Shown in pieces: positions 1 to 8,635 of a DNA stretch of 32,000 nucleotides (its first letter is position 1; each line of letters opens with the position of its first letter). The DNA is from Erysipelotrichaceae bacterium MTC7 (lineage in GTDB: Bacteria > Bacillota_I > Bacilli_A > Erysipelotrichales > Erysipelotrichaceae): assembly GCA_001695645.1 (NCBI GenBank), contig LVZN01000067.1, positions 60,001-92,000 on the forward strand, given 5' to 3'. The notes beneath the pieces were generated by a model. It was not told the origin of the DNA. It saw only the letters and a list, made by a program, of their open reading frames with translations, and did no database searches. The position numbers and the translations under genes were made by a program.

Positions 1-1
1 T

Positions 2-1048
2 CGTAAACGTTTCATGCACCACTACAACTTCCCTCCATACTCAGTAGGGGAAACAGGAAGAATGGGTGCGCCTGGACGTCGTGAAATTGGTCACGGTGCA
101 TTAGGCGAACGTGCCTTACTGCAAGTGTTGCCAAGTGTTGATGAATTCCCATACGCAATTCGTGTAGTTGCTGAAGTACTGGAATCTAATGGTTCATCAT
201 CACAAGCATCAATTTGTGCAGGTACAATGTCATTGATGGCAGCAGGGGTACCAATTAAAGCACCAGTTGCTGGTATTGCAATGGGTCTTATCATGGATGA
301 AGACAACGAAAAATATACAGTATTAACTGATATTCAAGGTATGGAAGACCACTTTGGAGATATGGACTTTAAAGTTGCTGGAACACCTAAGGGAATTACA
401 GCGCTTCAAATGGATATCAAAGTTACGGGTATCACAAGAGATATCTTTAAAGAAGCACTTGCACAAGCAGGTATTGCAAGAGCACAAATCTTAGAAAACA
501 TGATGGCAACAATTTCTGAAGTTCGTCCTGAAGTTTCTAAATATGCACCTAAGACACACATCATGTACATCAATGTAGATAAAATCAAAGATGTTATCGG
601 ACCTGGTGGAAAAATGATTAACGAAATCATTGAAGCATGTGACAATGTTAAAATTGACATTGAAGACGATGGACGCGTGATTATTTATCACTCAGACCAA
701 AATGCTATCAATAAAGCGGCAGAAATGATTATGGATATCACGAAAGAAGCTAAAGTTGGTGACATCTATGATGCAAAAGTTGTTCGTATTGAAAAATTTG
801 GTGCATTTGTGAACTTATTTGGTAAAGTTGATGGATTGCTTCACGTATCAAAAATCAAACACGAACGTGTAGAAGATGTAAACAAAGTGCTTAAACTTGG
901 TGATACGATCAAAGTTAAAGTAACAGAAATTGACGACCGCGGTCGTATCAATGTTTCTGCAAAAGCACTTATTGAACGTCCAAAACGTGAAGAAGTAAAA
1001 AAAGTAGAAAAAACAGAAGAAAGTACGGAATCAACGGAAACAAAATAA
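2..1048 (+). CDS. pnp: Polyribonucleotide nucleotidyltransferase (PNPase), C-terminal part; the 5' end lies outside the window
   Basis: The frame is open from nt 2 ([17 protein letters not shown]...). It contains the second RNase PH core, a KH motif ([11 protein letters not shown]) and an S1 domain ([33 protein letters not shown]). Stop TAA 1046-1048. Confidence 0.93.
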   Translation, partial: RKRFMHHYNFPPYSVGETGRMGAPGRREIGHGALGERALLQVLPSVDEFPYAIRVVAEVLESNGSSSQASICAGTMSLMAAGVPIKAPVAGIAMGLIMDEDNEKYTVLTDIQGMEDHFGDMDFKVAGTPKGITALQMDIKVTGITRDIFKEALAQAGIARAQILENMMATISEVRPEVSKYAPKTHIMYINVDKIKDVIGPGGKMINEIIEACDNVKIDIEDDGRVIIYHSDQNAINKAAEMIMDITKEAKVGDIYDAKVVRIEKFGAFVNLFGKVDGLLHVSKIKHERVEDVNKVLKLGDTIKVKVTEIDDRGRINVSAKALIERPKREEVKKVEKTEESTESTETK

Positions 1049-1051
1049 GCA

Positions 1052-1243
1052 ATGAAAAATCAAAAGTTTAATATCCTATTTTTGATTTCAAATGTTTGTT
1101 TCTTGATTTGTTCAATCTTGATGTTGTTATCAAAAAGTATGTTTTTAGCCATCTGCTACTTTGTGATTTCACTTTCAATGGGAACCATTTATCAAGTGAA
1201 TGTCAAAAAAGCGAAAGATGCAAATAAAACGGATAAGAAATAA
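1052..1243 (+). CDS. Hypothetical small membrane protein (63 aa, two hydrophobic segments, Lys-rich tail)
   Basis: The ORF starts 3 nt after the pnp stop and ends just before the terminator at 1250-1277, so it lies inside the pnp transcription unit. There is no clear SD and no recognisable family. Confidence 0.35.
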   Translation: MKNQKFNILFLISNVCFLICSILMLLSKSMFLAICYFVISLSMGTIYQVNVKKAKDANKTDKK

Positions 1244-1249
1244 GTAAGA

Positions 1250-1277
1250 GAACGTCCACAACTGGACGTTCTTTTTT
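1250..1277 (+). terminator. Rho-independent terminator of the pnp unit
   Basis: Perfect 9-bp stem GAACGTCCA / TGGACGTTC with loop CAAC, followed by TTTTTT. Confidence 0.75.
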
Positions 1278-1301
1278 ATCGATGGTTTGATTGTGATTAA
1301 C

Positions 1302-1330
1302 TTGAGAAGCAAGTAGACAACGTGTATAAT
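1302..1330 (+). promoter_or_regulatory. Sigma-A-type promoter for the FemAB-family gene
   Basis: TTGAGA (1302-1307), 17-nt spacer, TATAAT (1325-1330). An AAGGTG SD precedes ATG 1366. Confidence 0.5.
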
Positions 1331-1365
1331 TACATAGGTATAAACAAAGGTATAAAAGGTGAAAC

Positions 1366-2598
1366 ATGATATTTGAGGAAATAAGTACAACGGAATTTGA
1401 TGCATATGCAAGAAGTCATCCGTTACATAATTTTATGCAAACATCGCAAATGGGAGAAGTTGGAAAAATTAGTGGTTTGGTTTCCTATTATGTTGGGGTT
1501 CGTGAAAATGGAAAACTGATTGGTGCGTGTCGTCTAGCAGGTGTTAAAAATCGTTTGGGACAATACTTTTTTAGTGCGTTTCGAGGACCGTTACTCAATT
1601 ATGAAAACGAAGCTTTAGTTGCTTTTTTTACCAAAGAGGTCAAAACGTTTTTAAAGGCGAAAAAAGGATATGCATTAGATATTGATCCAGCGATTATTCA
1701 CCTTGAACGTGATATCAACGGAGATCCAGTTCCTGGAGGAATTGATCACACACCAATGGTTGCTATGTTTGAAAAACTTGGGTATCAACATGTCGGATTT
1801 CAAACGGAATATGATATTACACGTCAAGGGCGATGGCTGTTTGTGCTAGATTTGGAAGGGAAAAGTGAAACAGAAGTCTTCAAAGCGATGAAGCAAAACC
1901 ATCGAAACATCATCAAGAAAACGGAAAAGTTTTTTATTGAGATTAAAGAAGTTGGATTTGATGAACTAGAAGACTATAAACGCATCACGGAAGAAACTGG
2001 ACAACGACGTGGGTTTGAAGACCGCTCACTTGCATATTATAAAGAGGTGTACAAACAGTTTCATGATACTGGAGAAGTAAAGTTTTTAATTGCTTATTTA
2101 AATGTAAATGCATACATAGAAAGTTTGCAAAATTCACTTATCAAAGAACATGCAAAATACGAAAAAGCAATGGCTAACAATCCTGAAGCAGGAAAAACCA
2201 AAGAGTTAGGAATTACAGTGAATAGTTTGCAAAAACGATTGCGTGAAGCACAAGAATTACTGTCTGATGGAACCTATATTCCACTATCAGCAGCGATGTT
2301 CATGCTTTATGAAGATGAGATTACCTATATGTTTAGTGGTAGCTATGAGAAATATATGAACTTCTATGCGCAATATGCAATTCAATGGTATATGATTAAA
2401 CTAGGCATTGCCAAAGGTTATAAACGCTATAACTTTTATGGGATTTCTGGTAACTTTGATAAAAGTGATCCAGAATATGGAGTATATGAATTTAAAAAGG
2501 GATTTCAAGGATATGTCGTTGAATATCTAGGAAACTTTGTCTTACCGATTTCAGCGTACTATACGGTGAATAAACTCATTGCAAAAATAAAGAACTAA
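1366..2598 (+). CDS. FemA/FemB/FmhB/MurM-family aminoacyl-tRNA-dependent peptidoglycan interpeptide-bridge transferase
   Basis: 410 aa with the typical length and layout: N-terminal FMQTSQMGEV, a central coiled-coil insert, and C-terminal YGISGNFD...GVYEFKKGFQG. It has its own promoter, SD and terminator. Confidence 0.8.
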   Translation: MIFEEISTTEFDAYARSHPLHNFMQTSQMGEVGKISGLVSYYVGVRENGKLIGACRLAGVKNRLGQYFFSAFRGPLLNYENEALVAFFTKEVKTFLKAKKGYALDIDPAIIHLERDINGDPVPGGIDHTPMVAMFEKLGYQHVGFQTEYDITRQGRWLFVLDLEGKSETEVFKAMKQNHRNIIKKTEKFFIEIKEVGFDELEDYKRITEETGQRRGFEDRSLAYYKEVYKQFHDTGEVKFLIAYLNVNAYIESLQNSLIKEHAKYEKAMANNPEAGKTKELGITVNSLQKRLREAQELLSDGTYIPLSAAMFMLYEDEITYMFSGSYEKYMNFYAQYAIQWYMIKLGIAKGYKRYNFYGISGNFDKSDPEYGVYEFKKGFQGYVVEYLGNFVLPISAYYTVNKLIAKIKN

Positions 2599-2600
2599 AA

Positions 2601-2630
2601 ACACATGGAACCCATGTGTTTTTTTCTTTT
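2601..2630 (+). terminator. Rho-independent terminator
   Basis: Stem ACACATGG / CCATGTGT with loop AAC, followed by a T-run (TTTTTTCTTTT). Confidence 0.75.
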
Positions 2631-2741
2631 GCATATCGGTGGTTTCATTTTTTAAAAAAGTTAAGAAAGGGTGAATTAGATGAGTGCACAATATACCATA
2701 AACAATGGATTTGTGATAAACTATAAGGCGAGGTGAACACT

Positions 2742-4139
2742 ATGGATTTTTATAAATTAATGAACGAATATAAGGAAGCATTCCTTAGTGATTTAAAAGG
2801 CTTAATTGCCATTCCATCATTGGAAGATTTTGAGTCGGCAAAAACAAATGCTCCTTTTGGAACAGAAGTAAGAAAAGCATTGGACTACATGCTAGAACTT
2901 GGAGCCAAAGAAGGCTTTGTTGTAAAAGATATTGATGGTTATGCAGGTACCATCGAGTACGGAGAAGGCACTGAAAGTATTGGTGTTTTAGGACACTTGG
3001 ATGTTGTTCCATTTGGTGAAGGATGGAGCCATGGACCAACCGAAATGGTGGAAAAAGATGGTTACATTTTAGGCCGTGGAGTCCTTGATGATAAGGGACC
3101 AACGATGGCTGCTTTTTATGCTTTAAAAGCGCTGAAAGATAACAATATCAAACTCAACAAGAAAATCATTTTGATTTTAGGAACCAATGAAGAGACTGGA
3201 ATGAAGTGTATGGATTACTATGCAAAACATGGAGAAATCCCAACTTGTGGATTTACACCAGATGCAGATTTTCCTGTAATTTATGGAGAAAAAGGACACA
3301 TCAATCCCGTATTGGTGAGTGATGAAAAAACAGTGATAAAAAAACTTGTTGCAGGAGAGCGACCAAACATTGTCATTGGAAAAGCCCAAGCAACATTGCC
3401 AAAACTTACAGATAAGCAAAGAGCGGAGTTTAACTACTATTTACAAGTTGAAAAATTAAAAGGACAAATCATTGCAGATGGCGATGATGATATTGTCGAG
3501 ATTGAAGGAAAATACTTCCATGCAGCAATGGCATATAATGGTGTAAATGCTGCAGTACATCTATTAAATTATGTTGGTGCAAGTTTTGCGGATAAACTGG
3601 CTTCACAATTTGCCGACTTATTGATGGATTGGAAGGGTACAGGACTAAACATTGCAATGGAAGGTGCATATATGGGCTTTCTAACGATGAATGTTGGAAT
3701 TGTTTCAATTAAAAATCAACACACTGAGATTACATTAGATATTCGTTATCCTAATGACACTACAGGTAAAGAATTAGAAACTCGAATTATCAAAAGTTTA
3801 CCAGAAACGATCACATGTAAACCGGTTGAAGATAGCAAACCGTTGTTTGTGGATCCAAACAGTACCATTGTAAAAACACTCATGCATGCATATCAAGCAT
3901 ACACAAAAGATACATTCTCACCAGCGAAAACCATTGGTGGGGGAACCTATGCTCGAAAGTTTGAAAACTTTGTGGCATTTGGTCCAGAATTCCCAAATCG
4001 TGAAACACCAAATTTCTTTGTTGGTGGGCCACATGAAAAAGATGAAGGAATTAAATTAGATGATTTACTCAAAGCTGGAGCAATTTATGCTGAAGCACTA
4101 CAAGATCTAGCAAAGGATTCACTCCATGCGGATGCGTAG
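2742..4139 (+). CDS. pepV: Dipeptidase PepV (M20 family metallopeptidase)
   Basis: M20 motifs GHLDVVP, DDKGP and NEETG, with PepV-like length. I prefer ATG 2742 (GAGG 8 nt upstream) to the GTG 2733 given in the ORF track. Confidence 0.85.
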   Translation: MDFYKLMNEYKEAFLSDLKGLIAIPSLEDFESAKTNAPFGTEVRKALDYMLELGAKEGFVVKDIDGYAGTIEYGEGTESIGVLGHLDVVPFGEGWSHGPTEMVEKDGYILGRGVLDDKGPTMAAFYALKALKDNNIKLNKKIILILGTNEETGMKCMDYYAKHGEIPTCGFTPDADFPVIYGEKGHINPVLVSDEKTVIKKLVAGERPNIVIGKAQATLPKLTDKQRAEFNYYLQVEKLKGQIIADGDDDIVEIEGKYFHAAMAYNGVNAAVHLLNYVGASFADKLASQFADLLMDWKGTGLNIAMEGAYMGFLTMNVGIVSIKNQHTEITLDIRYPNDTTGKELETRIIKSLPETITCKPVEDSKPLFVDPNSTIVKTLMHAYQAYTKDTFSPAKTIGGGTYARKFENFVAFGPEFPNRETPNFFVGGPHEKDEGIKLDDLLKAGAIYAEALQDLAKDSLHADA

Positions 4140-4758
4140 ATTAAAATGGGCAGCTGACTTTATTGCAAATAGTGAAGTCAATGTTCATGAACCTGAAACA
4201 TACAAAGGAACATGGCGTAAATTGCTAAATAAAGAGCATATCCATGTGGAAATCGGAACGGGTAAAGGAGACTATTGGATTGGAATGTCTAAGTTGTATC
4301 CGGAACTTGGTTGGATTGGAATTGAGAAACAAGAAAGCGTTGCAGCTCTTGCCTTGCGTAAGAAAGAAACATTTGATGAACATGCACGCTTTATTTATGG
4401 TGATGCAGCTAATATCGATGCTTGGTTTGCCCCAAAGGAGATTGATGTCATTCATTTGAATTTCTCAGATCCATGGCCTAAAAACCGCAACAAGAAACGT
4501 CGTTTAAGCAATGAGCGTTTTCTTGATAAATATCATCAGATTTTAAGTGATGATGGTCAAATCATTATGAAAACGGATAATCGTAAACTATTTGAATATT
4601 CAATTATCGAATTCCAAAATTTTGGTTTCGTGCTTGAAGAAATCTTTTTGGATTTCAGAAGTGAAGAGCATGATGAAGATGTTATCAGTGAATACGAAAG
4701 AAAGTTTATGGAAGAAGGTCCGATTTATCGGGCCGTATGGAAAAAAGGAGGAAAGTAA
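4126..4758 (+). CDS. trmB: tRNA (guanine-N7)-methyltransferase
   Basis: The N-terminus MRMRRLKWAADF..., EIGTGKG (SAM site) and NFSDPWPKNRNKKRRL are co-linear with TrmB as I recall it. AAGGA lies 8 nt upstream. It overlaps the pepV end by 14 nt. Confidence 0.9.
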   Translation: MRMRRLKWAADFIANSEVNVHEPETYKGTWRKLLNKEHIHVEIGTGKGDYWIGMSKLYPELGWIGIEKQESVAALALRKKETFDEHARFIYGDAANIDAWFAPKEIDVIHLNFSDPWPKNRNKKRRLSNERFLDKYHQILSDDGQIIMKTDNRKLFEYSIIEFQNFGFVLEEIFLDFRSEEHDEDVISEYERKFMEEGPIYRAVWKKGGK

Positions 4759-4759
4759 G

Positions 4760-5095
4760 ATGGCTTTAAAAGAAGGAATGAAAATTCTTGAATCAGTAGA
4801 ACAATTCGAAGAATATTATAAAAAAGAAGGTGTCGTGATTTTTACGTTTAGTGCAAACTGGTGTCCGGACTGTCGCTTTATTGAACCATTTATGCCTAAA
4901 TTGGTAGAAAAATACAGTGACTATGACTTTGTCTATATCGATCGTGATAAATTTATCGATTTGGCAATCGGTTTACAAATTATGGGAATCCCATCATTTG
5001 TTGCTGTAAAGAACGGAAAAGAAGAAGGACGTTTTGTATCAAAACTGCGTAAGACAGAAAAAGAAATTGATGAGTTCTTAGGTGCAGTTCGATGA
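4760..5095 (+). CDS. ytpP: Thioredoxin-like protein (YtpP-type)
   Basis: WCPDCR active site and MGIPSF motif, 111 aa. The real start is ATG 4760, just after AAGGAGGAAAG. The ORF-track extension back to 4592 overlaps trmB. Confidence 0.75.
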   Translation: MALKEGMKILESVEQFEEYYKKEGVVIFTFSANWCPDCRFIEPFMPKLVEKYSDYDFVYIDRDKFIDLAIGLQIMGIPSFVAVKNGKEEGRFVSKLRKTEKEIDEFLGAVR

Positions 5096-5682
5096 TCGCT
5101 AGAGTATTTTATAATGCAAAAGCTTTTGAACATGTCTTACTTGTACTTATCCATGATGGTGATGTATTAACAACAGAAAAACATAAAAATGTCACAAAAC
5201 TATTGGGAAAAGACGATCGTCTACTCGGGTACAACATTGAAGTTGATGCATTTGAAAGTGATCGTGATGGATATCAACCCATGACATTTGATTTATTACG
5301 CTTAGTAAATGGTCATTTGCACGAAGCGTTTCATGAAGAGATTATTCACGATTTCAATTCATACATTGTGGTTGGTCGTGTAAATGCTTGTGAAGATCAT
5401 CCAGACAGTGACCACTTACATGTTTGTCAAGTTGATGTTGGTAAGGAAGTGGTGCAAATTGTTTGCGGTGCAGCGAATGTAAAAGCAAACGTGAATGTCG
5501 TTGCTTGTTTACCAAATGCAGTCTTACCAGATGGCAAATTGATCACGAAAGGAAAACTTCGCGGTGTTCCAAGTGATGGGATGTTGGCAAGTGCTTATGA
5601 GTTAGGATTGATAGAAGAACCAAAAAAGGGTATATTAATACTAGAAGATGAAGCGAAGGTCGGCGAACCTTTCTTCAAGTAG
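5092..5682 (+). CDS. ytpR: tRNA-binding-domain protein (YtpR / PheT-N-terminal / CsaA-like OB fold)
   Basis: The C-terminal half VVGRVNACEDHPDSDHLHVCQVDVGKEVVQIVCGAANV...GKLRGVPSDGMLASAYELGL is the classical tRNA-binding domain. An ATGA overlap with ytpP indicates translational coupling. Confidence 0.75.
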   Translation: MIARVFYNAKAFEHVLLVLIHDGDVLTTEKHKNVTKLLGKDDRLLGYNIEVDAFESDRDGYQPMTFDLLRLVNGHLHEAFHEEIIHDFNSYIVVGRVNACEDHPDSDHLHVCQVDVGKEVVQIVCGAANVKANVNVVACLPNAVLPDGKLITKGKLRGVPSDGMLASAYELGLIEEPKKGILILEDEAKVGEPFFK

Positions 5683-5692
5683 GAGTGTATAT

Positions 5693-6382
5693 ATGTCAAT
5701 ATTTGATAAAATAAAGGACGTGCTATTTACCGAAGAAACCGATGTTGAAGAAACCTTGATTCGCGATGAAGATGAAGGGGAATTTATCGAGGAAGAACCA
5801 CCGATAAAAGTACAAAAACCAAAACCGTTACCTAAACCAAAACCACGTTATGAAGATGTTGAAGCAATCACAGAAGATATCGAACGTATTCGTGAACCAG
5901 AAAGTAAACTGGAAAAAATCTTTGATATCAAAGCAGATGAGGTAAAAAAAGAAGAACCTTCAATTACGAAGCGTTTACAGCCTAAAATTGCTAAAGATTT
6001 TGATATTCCACAAGTCATTTCTCCAATCACGGGGATAACCAACGAAAAAATTCCAGAAGAAGCTGAATTTGTGACAAGTAAACCACGTCGCAGTAAAGAT
6101 TCTTTAGGAACGGTCATTTCACCATTTTTTGGTGAAGTTGAACTTGAAGAATTTCACCAACAAGCACAAGTTGAACTTGCTGTGAATAAAATAAGTGAAG
6201 TTGATGATGTAGAAGAAGATGAAGTGGAAAACATTTCACTTGATCAAATTGTTGCTTCACCATACGAACAAGAAGATGAAATGGTACAATTCTCACTATT
6301 TGGAGATGATGCACCAATTCGCGAACTACACGAAGAAGAACAAACGGAAGATAGTGAAGAAAACGAGGATCTTCCATTTTAG
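5693..6382 (+). CDS. Hypothetical highly acidic, probably disordered protein (229 aa)
   Basis: ATG 5693 follows the AGGAG SD. The N-terminus MSIFDKIKDVLF looks like an amphipathic helix. It also has a (KP)n stretch, long E/D runs and a duplicated VISPxxG motif. I recognise no family. Confidence 0.6.
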   Translation: MSIFDKIKDVLFTEETDVEETLIRDEDEGEFIEEEPPIKVQKPKPLPKPKPRYEDVEAITEDIERIREPESKLEKIFDIKADEVKKEEPSITKRLQPKIAKDFDIPQVISPITGITNEKIPEEAEFVTSKPRRSKDSLGTVISPFFGEVELEEFHQQAQVELAVNKISEVDDVEEDEVENISLDQIVASPYEQEDEMVQFSLFGDDAPIRELHEEEQTEDSEENEDLPF

Positions 6383-6394
6383 AAAGAAGGATTT

Positions 6395-7702
6395 ATGATT
6401 CATTTTGTCGGTATTAAAGGGTCTGGAATGGCTTCTTTAGCTTGTATATTAAAAGACATGGGTGAAGAAGTAGACGGATCTGACATTGAAAAATTTATCT
6501 TTACGGAAACGAAACTAAAGGAACATAAGATTCCTTTTTTCGCGTTTGGTAAAGAAAACATTAAAGACCATATGACAGTAATTATTGGAAATTCATTCGA
6601 TGATTCCAATGTAGAAGTGCAAGCGGCAAAAGCCAATCCAACGGTAACCGTGTACAAGTACGTTGAATACCTTGGAAAATTGGTGGATGAATACCATTCG
6701 ATTTGCGTTGCTGGTACACATGGGAAAACAACGACCACTGGAATGCTTGCGCATGTATTTGAACAAGTACAACCAACGGGTTATCTCATTGGTGATGGAA
6801 CTGGGTATATGCCAAAACAAGCAAAAACTTTTGTTTTGGAATCATGTGAGTACATGCGCAACTTTTTAAACTATCATCCAGATTATGCAATTATCTTAAA
6901 TGTTGAACTGGATCATGTCGATTACTATAAAGATATGGATGATTACGTGACTGCATTTGAGCAGTTTAGTCAAAATGTAAAAAAAGGCTTGGCTATCTTT
7001 GGTGATGAACCTAGCTCACGCAATTTGCATGTGAGTGTTAACCATATGTATTATGGATTGCATGATGATAATGATGTATATGCAAAAGATGTTGTGGAAG
7101 ATGCACATGGAGTTTCGTTTACATGTATGGTAAACAATGAAGAATTTCATCGTTTTCAATTACCGTACTATGGCGTGCATTTACTTTACAATGCGTTAGG
7201 AGTCATTACGCTTGGCGTCATGAACGGACTTGATGGTGATACACTGGAACAAGGGTTACAAAGTTTTGCTGGTGTAGATCGTCGTTTTATCGTCGAAGAA
7301 GTTGGTGAGCAGGTATATATTGACGATTATGCACATCATCCAACTGCAATCAAAATGACCATTGATGCAGCAAAGCAAAAATATCCAAACAAGAAGATTG
7401 TGGCTATCTTTCAACCGGATCGCTATTCACGAATCGCATATTTCATAGATGATTTTGCGGATGCGTTTGCCAAAGCGGATGACGTATATCTTTGTCCATT
7501 CCCAGATAATGCAGTTAGAGAACCAGGAATTACAGTGACCAATGAAAGTTTTCTTGCCCATGTTCCACAAGCGAAAGCTTGCGATATGTCAGATGCTGCA
7601 ATCAAGGGACTGGATCAGTTAAAACCAGCTGTCTATTTGTTTATGAGTAGTAAAGATATTTATAAGTTCAAAGACCGTATGAAAAATTTTCAAAACGTTT
7701 GA
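6395..7702 (+). CDS. murC: UDP-N-acetylmuramate--L-alanine ligase
   Basis: N-terminus MIHFVGIKGSGMASLA and ATP site GTHGKTTTTGM; Mur ligase length (435 aa). Confidence 0.93.
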   Translation: MIHFVGIKGSGMASLACILKDMGEEVDGSDIEKFIFTETKLKEHKIPFFAFGKENIKDHMTVIIGNSFDDSNVEVQAAKANPTVTVYKYVEYLGKLVDEYHSICVAGTHGKTTTTGMLAHVFEQVQPTGYLIGDGTGYMPKQAKTFVLESCEYMRNFLNYHPDYAIILNVELDHVDYYKDMDDYVTAFEQFSQNVKKGLAIFGDEPSSRNLHVSVNHMYYGLHDDNDVYAKDVVEDAHGVSFTCMVNNEEFHRFQLPYYGVHLLYNALGVITLGVMNGLDGDTLEQGLQSFAGVDRRFIVEEVGEQVYIDDYAHHPTAIKMTIDAAKQKYPNKKIVAIFQPDRYSRIAYFIDDFADAFAKADDVYLCPFPDNAVREPGITVTNESFLAHVPQAKACDMSDAAIKGLDQLKPAVYLFMSSKDIYKFKDRMKNFQNV

Positions 7703-7727
7703 AAATGCTTTCAAAATGATATAGAAT
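7699..7727 (+). promoter_or_regulatory. Sigma-A-type promoter of the DUF948-like / hydrophilic protein / LacI-regulator operon
   Basis: TTGAAA (7699-7704), 17-nt spacer, TAGAAT (7722-7727). AGGAGG at 7735-7740 lies 8 nt before ATG 7749. Confidence 0.5.
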
Positions 7728-7748
7728 ACCTTATAGGAGGAATGTAGT

Positions 7749-8138
7749 ATGGGAAGTGACCAATTTATTGAAATGCTTAGCCAAGTCTCAAGCAAATTGA
7801 TTCCTGTGGCAGTATTGGTTTTGATTATCTTTTTAATCGTATGTGTTAAAAACGTAATTGAATCACTAAAAACATTAAACAAAACATTAACAACAACGGA
7901 AGAGCAGGTGAAGAAACTTGATCGACCCTTACAAACGGTTGGCGACATCTCGGACACCGTCGACCGTATCCATGTCAAAACTCGCGATACAATTGATGCC
8001 GGTCTTGACGCGGCGAAAGAAGGTTTTGGCGCTGTTAAAGAAAAAGCGAAAAGTGTAAAAGTTAGACCAAAACATGCAAGACATGCAAGTGAAAATTCTA
8101 CAGTTGATGTAGAGGAGGTAATCATCAGTGAAGAATGA
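7749..8138 (+). CDS. Membrane-anchored coiled-coil protein, DUF948-like
   Basis: One N-terminal TM segment (LIPVAVLVLIIFLIVCV) followed by a helical, T/D/K-rich region, with a strong SD. The architecture and the position next to murC resemble Firmicute DUF948 proteins, from memory and not searched. Confidence 0.55.
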   Translation: MGSDQFIEMLSQVSSKLIPVAVLVLIIFLIVCVKNVIESLKTLNKTLTTTEEQVKKLDRPLQTVGDISDTVDRIHVKTRDTIDAGLDAAKEGFGAVKEKAKSVKVRPKHARHASENSTVDVEEVIISEE

Positions 8139-8616
8139 GGATTTTAAAAAATTTGAGGATCAAACAAAATACGACATCATTCGTTTAGAAGACGAACATA
8201 AAGATGATTCAAACAAGAAAGAAATTATTGATAATCTTTCAAAAGAATTAGAAAAAGTATTTACTAAGACAAAAGAAAAAGTGAAGGACGTTAAAGATTC
8301 TGAACAAACACAAGAGTTTTTAACAAAAGCAAAAGAACAAGTTGATAAAATGGTAGAAGCCACAAAAAAAGCGCTTGGTGACTTCAAAGAAGATGACCGT
8401 GTTCAAGATGTTCTTAAGAAATTAAACAACACCTTTGATGATGTTGTGGATACCATTTCAAAAAATGAAACTGTACAAAAAGTTGGACAAAGCGTGAACG
8501 ATTTTATGGCTCGCGACGATGTTCAAGATAAAATAGAAACAGCAAAAGACGCAACGGTTGACTTTACACAAAAAGTCGCTGATGGTGTTAAAGAGCTGTT
8601 AAAGAAGAAAGGATAA
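8128..8616 (+). CDS. Hydrophilic K/E/D-rich coiled-coil protein (general-stress / YtxH-neighbour type; no TM segment)
   Basis: GTG 8128 lies 9 nt after GAGGAGG and overlaps the upstream gene by 11 nt. It has repeated D-D-x-V-Q-D motifs. Confidence 0.5.
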   Translation: MKNEDFKKFEDQTKYDIIRLEDEHKDDSNKKEIIDNLSKELEKVFTKTKEKVKDVKDSEQTQEFLTKAKEQVDKMVEATKKALGDFKEDDRVQDVLKKLNNTFDDVVDTISKNETVQKVGQSVNDFMARDDVQDKIETAKDATVDFTQKVADGVKELLKKKG

Positions 8617-8635
8617 TTAGAGGTAGTAACAATAA

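Noticed and set aside
2680-2736. 18-codon ORF (MSAQYTINNGFVINYKAR) with a good SD (AAAGGGTG), overlapping the pepV ribosome-binding region
   Set aside because: It could be a leader peptide. However, it has no codon-repeat signature, no alternative hairpins and no recognisable attenuator, so I cannot distinguish it from a chance ORF in a 5' UTR.
4592-4759. N-terminal extensions of track ORFs (4592 for the thioredoxin-like gene; likewise 5648-5692, 9831-9845, 26321-26389 and 27985-28020)
   Set aside because: The extensions overlap upstream genes, promoters or riboswitch terminators. In each case an internal ATG with a proper SD gives the family-typical N-terminus.
7619-8125. 168-aa ORF on the minus strand
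   Set aside because: It is antisense to the end of murC and to the DUF948-like gene, which has a strong SD and promoter. It has a low-complexity Ser/Thr/Phe-rich translation and no start context.
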